Origin: Callorhinchus milii
Taxonomy: Eukaryota
Assembly: GCF_018977255.1 (NCBI RefSeq)
Contig: NW_024704742.1
Location: forward strand, 17,982,001-18,046,000
Reading direction: 5' to 3'
Length of the DNA stretch: 64,000 bases
Shown here: piece after piece, positions 1 to 13,898 of the stretch
Numbering within the stretch: the stretch's first letter is position 1
Layout: each line of letters begins with the position of its first letter
The notes under the pieces: model-generated
The model's input: the letters and a program-made list of their open reading frames with translations, nothing else
Database searches by the model: none
What the model was told of the DNA's origin: nothing
Translations under genes and position numbers: made by a program

Positions 1-882
1 ACAGGATTATAAGAGAGGTTTGGGTGTTGAAACCCATTTCTCTGACCTCATCATTCCAGAATAACAATTTTACAGTCTTACCAAGATGGCATCAAGCAAT
101 TTCCAAAACACTTACAATTTCTGGGAGAAAGTTTGTAATTTGTACGTACTATATGTGAAGACTCGTTTATCTAGAAGAATGTCATGTAAAATATAAAGAA
201 TTGTCTGTTACACATTTCGTCTCTGTAAAACACCTTGAGACCTTTTCCTGCATGAAAGATGCTAGATAAGTTCAAATTGTCGTTGCTGTTGTGGAAAAAC
301 CTATCTGAATAGGAAAATTCATCTGCTTTTGACACTGCTATTTGGCAGCTTTTCTTTAAGCCTTCAAAGTTTAACTATTTGTAAAATAAGGTAAGTATTC
401 ATGACTTTAGCATTTTAGTTCTTTCAGTACATATTGACTTAGAAAGACATTTTAGTGAATATTTACTAAATGCGTATTAGTAGTTTGGATTATCATTCAT
501 AACTTTTAGATTTTATCTTATTCAGATTAAGCTGTTCAAAACACAGGATGTGCCAGCGAGAATCAAACTAGGGGAACTAAACTCACGTTTATAAACAGAT
601 ATGATTTTAGGGAGTTTCAAAGGCAGCATTTTAGGGCAGCATCCATTTGTCTTGGAAACATTGTACTTCAAGTTCCTTTGACAGATGTGAGTAAGCATTT
701 CCATTCAGTAACATCTGGTTTATTGAGCAGCAATGAAACTGTGACCCACTCCAAGGCTGTCAGAATAAAAGAATTAAACGGGCCATCATAATCACTGGAA
801 AACAAAAATTTGTTTTCCACTGGGTTTTTGACAAAATATGTTTTTCTGGTCTACAAGTTCACAAGATAGTTCAGAGGAAGAA

Positions 883-921
883 GGCTCTTTGCCCCATTTG
901 ATGGCTCTTTGCCCCATTTGA
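883..921. repeat. 20-bp tandem duplication
   Basis: ggctctttgccccatttga(t) occurs twice. Confidence 0.9.
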
Positions 922-3427
922 CCAGAACACCCAACTGTATACCCATTACAGTATTTTTCCTGTTGTCTGTCCTAAAATTACTTTTGCAACTGTTTCCCCT
1001 TGTTCTCCTGCATCTTGGTGCATCTCGATGCATCCAACAATATTATTCTGGATTTATTTTCACAATCTCATTTAAAATCATTTGTACTTCTGTAAGGTAA
1101 TTTCTCAAACATCTCTTTTCAAGACCATGTACATTTTTTGTTAGTTTCATTTGTTCTTCTAATCTCATGTGCTATGTCTCTTCTCCTTGATTACAAATCA
1201 CCCATTAACCCGTGAAGGTACCTCATCCTAACACAAGGCTGCTGCCTTTTTCGAAACAGAAGACAGTTGGGTGTTTTGGTTCGGATGAGATCAAATGCAC
1301 CAAAGATGTGGAAAGAGAAACCTCTTGCTTATACTACACAAAACAAGAGGTTTGATAGTTAAATTATTATTGGTCTTAGATGTAGAAAGTGACTTGTGAT
1401 ACTCACATGTGCACGCACTTGACACCAACATGGGATCACAAACACGTATAAACTTTTACAACATTCTCTTCACTAAATTCTATGCTTCATTTGTACATAA
1501 GCTTAAAACTTAAAACTTAATCGTATTTTGCAAAAAAACGTATACTCTTTAATTTATTTTTGTTTCCTTTTATTTCTCCTCCACACTTCAATGCCAAGCA
1601 CCATGTCCATTTTTATATATCAAAAACCTTAATTTGCATTAATTTTAAAATGATCAAAAGTTACTATGTAGTACTTCAAATAAAGAATGTTAAAGACAGA
1701 TAATGTAAACTGTCAGATATGTTCATTTTGTTGTTCACAGCATTTTGTTCATTTTGTTTCACCCACAAAATATACAGTTAATTCACTTTGCAGTATATTC
1801 TGCGAAGCGCTTTGAGACATTTCGAAGACGTGATAAGGAGCTATATCAAATTCAAGGATTATTATTATTATAATTATTCTCAGCTTTCTGAATATATTAC
1901 TTTTCACCTGAGTATGAGAGTAGCCAGAGTTGAAGTAGTTTTGAGCTTCCAAACCAGTAAATGTAACATTTGCTCCTTATACCACTGGACATAGCTTCAG
2001 ACAGGCAGTGTAAGAGAGAAGTTGCTTGCAACATGAGCACTGCACTGCAGTATTAATAGCTGGCATCTTTAATTACTGATGCGGTTTGATTGGTGCAGTT
2101 CAGTCTGTGGTGGCCATCTTTTTTTCCAAGTATTTTTTGCAGCCCAAAAGCACACAAATGAAAGAGTATCCTTGTGTTGGATACAAGATCTTAAAGGTAC
2201 TAACTAAAAGGGATTTTTCAATTTGAGGTTGTAAAAATAAACAAGCCATCACTAGACTTTCATCCGCCATATTTTGCTGCACCATAGTATCGTTTGATCC
2301 AAGACAGTTCACTGCAGAACCCTGGGCCAGACGTATGAAGCGTCCACATCAAACGCATGCAAATTACACACATGGCATAAAGCGACACACTCATCATTTT
2401 CAGTTTGATACAAAGTGAAGGCAGATCTCTTGGAAAGTTAAAAGGATGCTTCATCCTTCTTTTGCACTATATTTCTCATACACCAGTTACCAGATCTTTG
2501 GGATTACATTTCTTCCTCTTAATTTTAAGCTCATAAAAAGTAGATATCAAATACACAGTCATTACATTTTACAGTGTATCCTGTGAAGTCCTGTGAGACA
2601 TCTTCCCGATGCGAAAGGTTGCTAAATCAGGTGAAAGAAACCTATAATATGCAGAATGGATGCATCTTAACTCTTCTTTAGCTTTGTGGAAATGTAGGTG
2701 TTCTTTGAAACATTCTGTAAAGAACCTACTGAATTTTAAATCAGAGCCTCAAAATTGGATCAAATGATGGTGGTGATACCACCCTATGTCAATGTGAACT
2801 GACTGTTAAACAAGATCCATTGTGTGCAAAGTAGAGACATTCTATGACTTTACGTAATGAAGAAATAAAATGTTCAATTCAGTTTTGCGCCCACAAACAC
2901 ATGCAGATGACACACCTCAGAAAGGATCACCTAACATATCATTTAAAGCTTTCCACAAATCAAGTGAGGACAGACAGCTCCCTTAAAGGATTAGTCATCA
3001 AAGGTTTGTGGATATGGGTTGTATTACTTTGTGTAGTAAATACCCATTGGGAGTTGTTGTGCTCTCTTCACCAAATGGTTGTTTGTTTATTGATGTACAC
3101 TCAAAACAGTTGAACATGCATAGGTCATTCAGCTCTTCAAACCTGTGTTCTCCTTCATTCTACAAATTGTTATCTGTGCACTTACAAATGACTGTAACTA
3201 CATTGTTTAAATTGTCAATAAAATAATCTGTATACAATTGCATTCTAATTCTAACATTTTATTACAGTTATGTATCTGCATTTAGGGGCAAATTTGCTGA
3301 AACAAGCTAACAGAGCAAAGTAGTCTTGAGCACTTCAACATGTGTGGAAAAAAAGTAACCCTCTACGTCTTTAAATCAAAACTGAACTCTCTTAGTTGAT
3401 CAGGACCTTTGAACAAACCATACTTAC

Positions 3428-3554
3428 TTGCAGATATACTCAGCGGAAAGGGCTTTACCACAGGTATGACATTTAAAGCAACCCAAATGCCAGTGCTTGT
3501 CCAGGGCTACCAAGGATTGTCCATTTTTAATCTCTAGGCCGCAGCCTCCACACT
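3428..3554 (-). CDS. ABLIM2: ABLIM2 coding exon (exon 5 equivalent), first part of LIM3
   Basis: Not in the ORF track; read manually. tattttgcag|AGTGTGGA...ATCTGCAA|gtaagt; 127 bp, phase 1-2. Encodes (K)CGGCGLEIKNGQSLVALDKHWHLGCFKCHTCGKALSAEYIC(K). Confidence 0.95.
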
Positions 3555-4128
3555 CTGCAAAATAGCAGATTTAGAAAAGCTTTAATGAAAATGTGTTACA
3601 AGACCATCATTCAGTTAGAAATATCTTCATACAACAAATATTGGACATGGCGGAACCCATCTGATTTTCCATTGCTCATTTTTCATGCATTTCTATGTTA
3701 ACGTGATAAGGGTGACTGATTCTTTGATTTTTGGAATAATTCACCTGATATTTGTTACCCGTTTTGCTAAACACGTCCTATCACAGCACCTTTTCCCATC
3801 TTCCCAGAATCCTACGTGCATTCTGTTAATTCAATTAATAATGAGATTTAAATGTCCTGAACACTTACCAACCATCTGATGGAAGTCCCAGCATCTCACA
3901 CGCCTCCGCTATGTGACAGCTCAGCAGCAGACTCTGCTGCATACTGAAAATATACCTGCAGGTCTGTACCTTTAAGGGTGTAACTTACATGTCCCCAAAT
4001 CAAGGCAATTGACCCATGAAAAAAAGACAAGTCTACAAAACACTCTACAGTAATTCTTGTGAAGTATTTTGAGGTATGTAGACTTGAAGATGTGCTGCAA
4101 ATGATTAGAGGTAATTGAGAGCACTTAC

Positions 4129-4244
4129 TTTGTAGAGAATTGGTAGGCACAAGTTCAGGGTTGGTGGTCAGAGGTTGAGAGCACTTTTGGCAAATGCATT
4201 CCTTCCCATTAAAGGTCACTCGGTCTCCAGGTGGGAACGGCTGT
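4129..4244 (-). CDS. ABLIM2: ABLIM2 coding exon (exon 4 equivalent), end of LIM2 and linker
   Basis: ttcttatattcag|ACAGCCG...CTACAAA|gtaagt; 116 bp, phase 2-1. Encodes (R)QPFPPGDRVTFNGKECICQKCSQPLTTNPELVPTNSLQ. Confidence 0.95.
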
Positions 4245-5774
4245 CTGAATATAAGAAAAAAAATAAGAAATGAAAAAGAACAAAAATCAGATTAACGCTA
4301 CCACAAACCAATTCATTGCAGATTTAATATTTTATTGAAGAATCCCCTTTTGATACATGTTGAATGGTATTCCTACCAATTTAATACTTCAAGGCTTCAA
4401 GATTTTACATCAAACACATTTCTTTCTACTTTGGTGCTTTTTTTTTAGAACACGTGGATGTAGACTCAAATATTGGATACCTCTGATATTACTTGCCAAT
4501 AGTTACAGAAGACAGAATGAAAACAAAGATGTAATAACTGTTACAACCTCGTACACAGTCAACAATTTCAAGGATTTTATAGCATCACCCTGCAAAAATA
4601 GAAACACGTTTTTTTATTACATAATGGTTTCCTCAAACCCATTATTATTTTCTCTACTTGTATTCAGTTCTTTGTAAAAGATTTTCAAGTTGTCAATATG
4701 CCTTGCAGTACTGTATATCAACAGACAAAATAATGTGTGTGGCTTGCCTTATTTATTTAGAAACCATCCATTAACAGCACAAAAGGAAAAACACTGCTTT
4801 TATAGCACCAATTTACATGATTTTAATGATTTAAATGATTTTCAAAATATGAACTAAAACTGTTGTTTAAAAAAAAACTCGAACATGCAACAATAGCACT
4901 GTGTGGAAGAGAATAACAGGCAGCTGATGTTTTGGATTGATACAGAATGTTGAGACACAGCGGAGGAGCCTGAAACACTAGCAAAAGTGAACTTTTACTT
5001 TACATGGCAATACAGTAATGAGATTTAGGCCACTTTTTAAATGCGAACATTAATTCTCTTCAGATTGATGAAACGCAGCCATTTAAAGACAGTATTAGGT
5101 CAGGGCATTGCAAAACTCTAATTTGTATTAATTGCTTGTGACGTTCTAACGTCTTCCATCTGTGGTGGCTTCATTAATTATTACACCAGAAAAAAACTAA
5201 GGGCGATACTTTCTTTCATTAAAATAATCTGTAAGTAGCTGCGTTATTTAAAAGTATGCTATTGAAGTCTGCAGTAATCCAGAACAATGCAGTCTTTCTC
5301 TCATGACACCCTAACCCCCACAGTTGCTGTGTACTGTATTACTATAATACAAACATAATAAAAAGGTAAGCTTTCTTTTCTTAGCTTTCCAGTCATAAAA
5401 TAGTTCATTCTTTTACTCATGCACTCATGCATAGAGCAGATGAGTAAAATTGTAATAAGGATGTTTCAATGCACATTTTTAATAAGAGGTTTTGTAATTA
5501 CTAAGAGAAGAATTAACTGTTCACTTAGGAAAGTAAGATGAAAGCTACTTGCCCAAGGCAATGGCATTCTCCAAGGAGACTGAATGCTTTCTCAACACAG
5601 GATAATAACGTTTTATTAATATGATACATTCTATATTACATGATGCATTCGGATCAATTGAGCAAAATAAACATATGCATTGTTATTTCAGTGAAAGGAC
5701 CACTTATTTTTACTCTGCTGACCATTACCCTAAAATGTGATGCATGAGATACACCCTAATGCATATTCACAGTG

Positions 5775-6211
5775 TGATCCTCACCCTCACCTACAAGGCC
5801 ATTCACGGCCTTGCTCCCTCCTACTTCTCCGACCTACTATCCCCCTACCTACCCGCCCGTACCCTCCGTTCCTCTGGCTCCGGTCTGCTCCACATCCCCC
5901 GCCCCAACCGCCCTACTATCGGTGGCCGGGCCTTGAGCCTCTCAGCCCCTCGGCTCTGGAACTCTATCCCCAGTGCCTTCGCCGCTTCCTCCCTTTCCTC
6001 CTTCAAGGCCGGTCTCAAGACCTTTCTCTTCGACCGTGCCTTCAGCTCCCCTCTCGACTCTCTACCCCCTCCTCACTCCCTCCCTTCCCTCCCCTCACCC
6101 TGACCATTTCCCCCTTGCTCGGGTCCTGACCCAACTGTACAGCGCCTTGGGACGTCCTCCCGACGTGAAAGGCGCTCAATAAATGGAATCTTGTTGTTGT
6201 TGTTGTTGTTG
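5775..6211 (+). mobile_element. L2 3' fragment ending in (GTT)n
   Basis: ILTLTYKAIHGLAPSY...APRLWNSIP...FKAGLKTFLF; tail gggacgtcctcccgacgtgaaaggcgc followed by (gtt)n. Confidence 0.9.
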
Positions 6212-6227
6212 ATGTGGTGGTTTTGAT

Positions 6228-6270
6228 ATGTGTGTGTGTGTGTGTGTGTGCATGTGGGGGTGGGGGGGTT
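6228..6270. repeat. (GT)n microsatellite and G-run
   Basis: tgtgtgtg... run followed by ggggtggggggg. Confidence 0.9.
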
Positions 6271-7114
6271 TGAGTTGTTGTAGACATTTTGAGAACTCCA
6301 GGTACAAATTTTAATACCTGTGCAATTTACTATGTGCCTGGTTTTATAGTTATAAGACAAATGTTTGATCATCAAAGATTGCTGGCAAATCCTTTCAAGA
6401 GGTACCCTTAATGTGAAATACCATGAAAAACTTAGTTGTAGAGACCTAGACTGCCACTAAAGAAAATTGTCTGCTCAACTTGTTTGTTGCTAGTCACTCT
6501 CTCTTCCTATCCTTTAAACCTTAGAACTACTGGTCAAGGGAAGCTTGAGAAGTGATGTGTAAAGAATGGCTCTGCAAAGATGCTGTGAGGATACAGGATA
6601 CCATGAATGGGCACCAAGTATCTGGAGACAAATTCTCTGTTCTTTGATCCAATGATTAGTCCATTTCCTCAAAATCTACATTCAAATTATTCTTGATTAT
6701 TTGTATCAGGGATACATAATACTTCCCTACACAATTAACAGTCATTACACATTACAGTAAATCCTGTGAAGGCTTTGGGATGTCTTACCAACATGAAAAC
6801 CTCTTTGTCAAAATGCAAGGATTATTTATTAATAGTTTCCCATGTTGTGTATTGTTGGTTTATTGAGGAAAAAACACCAATCTTGATAACTCAAATAATA
6901 GGCCAAAGTTTATGTTTTTAAAGATAGCTTCATTGTATTTTTTCCCACAGAAATTTTTTAGGTTTTATTTGCACTTAAATGTTAGAGTTAAAATAGGCCT
7001 TAAAAAAGCAATACCAAACAACGAGGAGCACTGATACACTGATGCCCACTCTAACCTGAATCGATGTCCCTCTTCTCACCTTCTCCTCTTTTCTTCATGC
7101 TCTATATTACTGGT

Positions 7115-7385
7115 TATAATAATCCTGGCATTTTGATATAGCAGCTAATCACCACTTCGAGACTTCTCACAGCGCTTCACAGAATATACTGTACAGTGAA
7201 TTGACTGCATATTTTGTGGGCGAAACGCGGCAGCCAATTGCGCACAGCAATGTCCCAAAAACAGTAGTGGATTAGTGACCAAATTATTATTACTATTTTT
7301 TGAGGGAATTATTAGCCCCAGAAAAGCGATCCATCCTTCGACTAGTAATCGGTAACCTACTTACTGCTGGGTAAACAGAGGTGTG
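7115..7385 (-). mobile_element. Truncated SINE (variant with internal segment)
   Basis: gcagccaattgcgcacagcaatgtccc body and tail as in other copies. Confidence 0.8.
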
Positions 7386-7711
7386 GTTCCAATGCTTGTC
7401 TGGTAGAGGAAAACTAATGTATTTGCCCTGATCTAGAAAGTAGGCCCTTTGTAAGAATCATTATAGGAAGGATGTAGCTAAATATTTATTTCCATGTCAG
7501 TCACACCCATGATGATGCCTTTGCTATTTCAAATGCAGAAATGGAAATATCATCTAAAATCAGCCAACGACATCAGCTACAGTATTCATAGGGGTGGTAT
7601 AAAGGCACCTTGCGGAAATCATAGCAATTCATTATTTCAAACTAACAAAAGCATTTGTATCCCTTACAGATGCAATATGCTTATTGATATGGATAGGCAC
7701 ACTGCATTTAC

Positions 7712-8250
7712 TATCATAGAATCACAGAATATTACAGCACAGGAGGCTATTCGGCCCATCATGCCTGTCCCAGCTCTTTGGAGGAGCTTCCAAATCAGTC
7801 CCACTCCGCAACTCTTTCCAATCTTTTCAAGTATCTATCCAATTCACATTTGAGAGTTGTTATTGAATCCCCTGGTTACTGACCCATCTGCCAGTGGAAA
7901 CAGTTTCTCCCCATCTACTCTGTCAAAATCTCTCATAATTTTGAACACTTCTATTAAATCTCCCCTTAACCTTCTTTGCTCTAAGGAGAACAATTCCAGC
8001 TTCTCTTGTCTCTCCACATAGCTAAAGGCCCTCATCCCTCCTACCATTCTCGTAAATCTCCTCTGCACCCTCTCCAAGGCATGGAAATCCTTCCAAAGGT
8101 GTGGTGCCCAGAGTTGAAAACAATACTCCAGTTGAGGCCTAACCAATGACTTGTAAAGGTTTAGCAAAACTTCCTTGCTTTGGTACTGTATGCCTATACA
8201 AGGATCCCATATGCTTTTTTTAATAGCTCTATCAACCTGTCCTGTCATGT
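7712..8250 (-). mobile_element. CR1 3' fragment
   Basis: LYKSLVRPQLEYC...LERVQRRFTRM...LFSLEQRRLRGDLIEVFKI; tail atcatagaatcacagaat. Confidence 0.9.
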
Positions 8251-8679
8251 TCTAAGACCTGGAATTCAACATTACTTATTTACATAAAAATACCATACCC
8301 ATATACCAATGGAAGATTCAAAAATCTATTTTAATTAATATCATTAGGATCAGAGAATGCTTACGACAGAACAGGAAGTCACTTGATCCTGTATCTCCGT
8401 CAGTGCTAACTCCACTGTGGAGTTTTCTAATTACTTTCCCTGTTCCCATAATATTATTTTTTCCTCAAGTATTGATTCAATTCTCATTAAAATACCCAAA
8501 TTATTATAGATGAGTGAGTCAATGCAGAGGTCAAATACTCCCGAAGCTTCAATGTGCCATAGTCTTATCTCATAACCTGTTCCAAAGTTATTCCATTTTG
8601 GGGCAAATCTAGCTTCTACATCACTCAATTATCTTTTAATGTTTGCTTGTAGCATTGACAGCAAAAATTAGTTGGTGGG

Positions 8680-9370
8680 GTTTAGGAGGTCACAGAGGTA
8701 GGGAAGAGCAAGGCCATGGAGGGCTTTGAAGGTGAAGATCAGTATCTTGAACTGTATCCTCTGAATGATGGGGAGCTAGTGGAGCTGGACGAGGATGAGG
8801 TCATGGAGCCTGGAGTGGGAGAGGACACGGGCTGCAGAGTTCTGGATGATCTGCAGATTGTGGAGAGAGCAGTTGGGGAGGCCAACAAGCAGGGAGTTTG
8901 CGTAGCTGAGCCTGGATGTGATGTATGCGTGTATGAGGATCTCGGCAGGCTGCGGTGAGAGTCATTGGCGGAGCTGGGCAATATTGCAGAGGTGGGAAAT
9001 GGCAGAGCCGGTCATTGCACAGCTGTGGAGGATGAAGACAGTTGAGAGTCGAACAGGACACCGAGGTTCTGAATTGGCTCCGTGCGATGTAGAGTGCATC
9101 CATGGAGGGAGATGCTCTCAGCGCCCGAGATATGGAGGTGCTGACGGGAGACAAGCAGAAGGTCTTCTTGACATTCAAATGGAGAAGGTTAGCTCTCATT
9201 CCAGCACTTAATGTCCGAGAGGCAGTCTTTGAGGGTGAGTTGGGACGTCTACGGATGATGTCACCAAGGCATGTAGATGTTGAAAAGGAGGCGACCAAGG
9301 ACAGAATCCAAAAGAATGCCACATGTGACGGTGCGGGGGCTGGCGGAGAAGCCATTAGTGGAGACAAACC
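8680..9370 (-). mobile_element. L2-clade LINE internal fragment
   Basis: Visible similarity to 10260-10990 and 41520-42300 (ggagaggacacgggctgcagagttctggatgat). Confidence 0.85.
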
Positions 9371-9934
9371 AGTATGATTAATGTGGTATAAATTTATGCT
9401 TGTGCACATTATACCCATTAAGTATTGCTGCACAGCTGTAAGATTAAAGCTGAATTCAATAACATGCCATTGACTATTTCTCCAACACAGTAATTTGAAA
9501 AGGTCACAGGAAACATTTATTTAAAACATAATGAGCAGTGATAATATGAAAAAAATAATGATTGCTTATGAAGTAATTTCAGACCGTGAAATAAATAATA
9601 TTTAGCCAAACAATGAGCAACAACCTCACAATTTCTGAACTACTAAAACAAACTAAACTTGCCTACATTTGATTATCATTCATTTGAGGGATGGAGAACA
9701 GTGAGGCCAGGGCACAGACAGGAAGGACAGTTCTTTGAATTCCTTGATGTCCTTACCTGTTAAGCATCCCATCTCCCTCCCTAATGTAATGTAATTTTAA
9801 GCTCCCATCACACTTTTATGCAATGTGCAATGGAGCTATACCCAGACCACCCAATTGCTAAATATACCTATAAAATGGTGCTCCTCCTCCAGTACTGAGA
9901 GACGCTATTCTGCATGTTTCACAATAAAAAACCC

Positions 9935-11730
9935 ATTACATTTGCATAGCGCCTTTCATGTTGGGAGGACGTCCCAAGACGCTGGACAGTCACTGTTTTG
10001 GACCCGAGCAGGGGGTTGGGATTGGGGAGGGTGGAGGACAGCGGGGGAGATCGAAAGCATGGTCGAAGAGGAGGGTCTTGAGATGGGCCTTGAAGGAAGC
10101 AAGGGAGGGGGTGAGGCAGAGGGATTGCAGGATGGAGTTCCAGAGGGTGGGGGCAGAGTGGCAGAAGGCTTGCCCGTCAATGAAGGGGTGGGCAAGGCGG
10201 GAGAAGCAGGCCAGAGCCTGCTGAGTGGAGGGAGCCAGCAGGTTGGTAGGGGGTTAGGACGTCGCAGAGGCAGGGGGAGCAAGACCATGGAGAGCTTTGA
10301 AGGTGAGGACCAGGATCTTGAACTGTATCCTCTGAGTGTTGGGAAGCCAATGGAACTGGGCAAGAATGGGGGTGGTAGGGTTGCGGAGCCTGATGAGGGA
10401 GAGGACACAGGCTGCAGAGTTCTGGATGATATGCAGCCTATGGAAGGAGGAGTTGGGGAGGCCGACAAGCAAGGAGTTTGCACAGTCAAGCCTCGATGTG
10501 AATTTACGAGGGTTTCTGTGGCCTGCGGTGTGAGACAGTGGCTGAGCTGGGCGATGTTGTGGAGGTAGGGGAAGGCAGAGCGGGTTATGGCATGAATGTG
10601 GGGTAGAAAGAATAGTTGAAGGTCAAACGAGATGCCAAAGTTCCGGACTGTCTTAGTAAGATGGAGTCGCTTCCATGGATGGTGATGCTGTCAGCGCCCG
10701 AGGTGTGGAAGCGCTGACAGGAGCCAATCAGGAGGGCCCCGGTCTTGTTGACATTCAACTGAAGAAAGTTAGCTCTCAGCCAGGATTTGATGTCTGACAA
10801 ACATTCTGTCAGGACAGTAGTGGTCCTGGAGCCAAGGGTAGAGGCAGAAAGGTTTAGTTGGGTGTCATGTGGAAGTTGACCCCATGTCTGCAGATGATAT
10901 CACCAAGAGGGAGTATATAGATATTGAAGACTTGAAGACCAAAGCACTGATCCCTGAGGAACGCTGCAAGAGACAGTGCAGGGGCTAGAGGATAAACCGT
11001 TTGTGGAGATGAAATGGAGGCGTGTGAGAGGTACGATCTGAACCAGTCAAGAACAGAACTGTGAAGGTTGAGGTGAGATGAGAGGTGGTGGATGAGGATA
11101 GAGTGGTCAACGGTGTCGAAGGCAGCAGAGAGTTCAAGGAGGACGAGGAGGTAGAGGGAGCCCTGGTCGCAGATGGACAGAATGTCATTTGTTACTTTGA
11201 CTAGGACTGTTTCTGTGCTGTGGGCAGCACGAAAACCCGATTGGAGGGGTTGTGAAGGGAGTGGCGGGAGAGGAAGAAGCGAAGAAAGGGAGGTTGGAGA
11301 TGGGGCTGTAGTTTGAGAGCAGAAATAGGTCCAGCGTGGGTTTTTTAAGGGTAGGAGTGATGAGATGGGATGGGAATGGTGCCAGTGGACAGTGAGAAGT
11401 TTATGATGTCTCTGAGTAGGGGGCAAGGAGGTGGAGCTTGGAGGTAAGGAGAGGGGTAGGGATGGAGTCGAGTGAGCCTGTGGTCGGTTTCATGTGGGTT
11501 ATATTGGTGATGAGAGAGGAGTGTGAGACAGCTTTGAAGGTGTGGAGGGAAGGATGGATAAGGGCTGGGGTGAGATGGGGAGAGCATAGTAGATGGAAGG
11601 GCAGAGGCAGCTGAGTGGATCCCCTCGACTTTGGATTCGAAGAAGTCCAGCATCGCCTCGCAGTTGGCATTGGAGCTGAGGATGGGCGAGGTGTGAGAGG
11701 GTGGAGAGGAGCCTGGGGTTAGCCTACTCC
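9935..11730 (-). mobile_element. L2-clade LINE fragment (RT and 3' end)
   Basis: [37 protein letters not shown]; same 3' terminus as the 41179 copy. Confidence 0.9.
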
Positions 11731-11762
11731 TTCAGCCTCCATCATGTTCTGAAGCTTGATGT

Positions 11763-12270
11763 TTGCCTACAGTGTGGTTCAGTTGGTCTCGCAATCTTGC
11801 CTCTCGAGTCTGAAAGTTGTGGGCTCAAACCCTTGGAACTCATACAGTATAAACTGATACTGCAATACAATGCTGTGGTGTGCTGCATTGTCATTCTGAG
11901 TACCATCCTTCAGATGAAACGTTAAACCAAGGCCTTGTCTGTCTGTTCAAATGGACGTTAAAGATCCCATAAAAACAGAAGTCGCTGGGAACACTCAACA
12001 GGTCAGACAGCATCGAAACAGAGAGGAAAATAAGTTAACGTTTCAGGTCAATGACCTTTTGTCACGTTTCATGTTGATGAAACTATTTGAAAAGAGAAGG
12101 GAGTTTATCGGGGTCCTGACCAACAGTAAGGCAAACACTGCTGTGCACAATTTGTCTGCTGCATTTCACCCACAAATATACAGTCAATTCACGATAGTAT
12201 ATTCTGTGAAGCACTTTGAGCCGTCTCAAAGACGTGAAAAATGCTATATCAAATGCAAGGATTATTATTA
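11763..12270 (+). mobile_element. Deu-domain-type SINE interrupted by a ~100-bp unrelated repeat fragment
   Basis: Core cttcagatgaaacgttaaaccaaggccttgtctg...ggacgttaaagatcccat / actatttgaaaagagaagggagtt resembles the DeuSINE central domain as recalled; same L2-like tail. Confidence 0.7.
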
Positions 12271-13849
12271 TATAATGGAATGCAATGAATATTGACAACG
12301 TTCCTGAAAAATAAGTGCCCTTACACTTTTAGGCTGATAGACCAGAGAACTATTCAGGATTCAGAATAGGGGTCATTGCTTCTGTACTCAGAGAAACGAA
12401 GAGTTGCATTCACTTTCAAGTTGAATATCTATTTATTATGGATATCGGATACCTTCGACCGCTTCATTTGATTTCTTGTAAATGCTACCTTCCCTCACCG
12501 TGAAGTCTGGATTAATTTGCCTTTCTAGTATGGCATAACTTAAAATGACTGCTGGTTTAGAGTTAAGTCTCTGATACTGGTTGAAGGGTTGGCTGTTCTT
12601 GTCTCATTTGGTTACTGTAGTTTTGAGTTTTTAGTTCATGGTGGAGCAGGAACACTCTTTCCAAAAATGGGTTGTGTCACACTCAGTTCAGTCACTGGGA
12701 ATATCTGTGGTGGAGCAGAAGCTGTATCTGCAGCACAAACTATTAGTGTAATTTTCCTGTATTATTGGCTGAGTTCCCTTTTTTAAATTATTCAATAGCA
12801 AATGAGACCGATGCTGCAATGATACCTTGGGATCAATTGCACAATTACAATGTCCCCTATCTATCAACCTTGTAAATTGACCACTTGGCAATGTCCCTTT
12901 ATATAACCAATTGTTCACATGCCATCAGCACTGTCAGCTACTGGAAATGTGAGAATATTGTGGAAAACATAAAACCCCATAAATCCCATATTTGAAACAT
13001 CCAAGGAAGCTACTTTTATTTGCCGAGTCAACAGAGTGAACAAGGAATACAGAGAGCAATAACATTTACCAACGCTTATAGAACCATGACTGGTATTCAG
13101 ACACCCGGTGATCAATCAATTGTCTCAGCAAATAGTTGACGATCATAATGATTAGCTGTGAAAATGCAGAGGTACTTAAAATAGACTAAAATAAACCAAT
13201 GGTGGCTATGTAAATGATAGGGAGTGAAAGTTAACCCAAAACAGGCTTTAAAGATACGCTGAAACAGCAGACCAAGAGGTCACATGTTCAGAGAGTTGTG
13301 AAGGACAGTTTTAGGGCAGCCAACAGGGAATGCACAGCCATGGACAGCCAGTGTGGTGCTGTATTGGGAATATGGTAGGGTTGGTATCCTGAAAGGTTGA
13401 GATCAAATTGACCCAATTCTTCATTCAAACCTCTCTTGTCAATTTAATTCTGACAAACTGAAATCCCTACTATTATTATCAACATCCTCTAATCTCCTTT
13501 ATTTGCCTAAACTCTCCTTTTCAGTTTAAGATAGAGGTCAGTAGTATTTACCAATTAACGTTTCTAACATCTAATATATACTGCTCACAAACTGCAACTA
13601 AATACATTTGGGGCGCAGAGGCATGCTAGAAAATAGAAAATTCTGCATGCAATATTTTAATATTACTTAATTATAATTTAGTTATAATATTATAATCATG
13701 GCCTTGTGATAACCAATGACTACTTTTGATGTGATCATAGCTCCAGTGATAATCACATCTTGCTTTTCCCCCACTTTGGGTGCATATTTCAACCTTGAGC
13801 GTTACAAGTAATTATTGCAATTGAGGTTAAAGGAGTAAATTCTCTCACA

Positions 13850-13898
13850 TACATTAATAATAAACAAAAGTCATGTTGCTGCTTTCTGTGGGTTTAAT
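13850..13898 (-). terminator. Candidate polyadenylation site of the KPNA4-like gene
   Basis: ATTAAA at 13898-13893 on the minus strand, CA dinucleotides ~10-20 nt downstream, then U/GU-rich TTTTGTTTATTATTAATGTATGTG. A second ATTAAA lies at 13966-13961. Confidence 0.4.

Noticed and set aside
1..3427. Next ABLIM2 exon (DGxPYCE...)
   Set aside because: No matching coding sequence found by eye; it probably lies beyond the left edge.
9825..10568. 247-aa ORF and Pro/Ser-rich ORFs overlapping L2 copies
   Set aside because: They are antisense or off-frame readings of GC-skewed L2 sequence.
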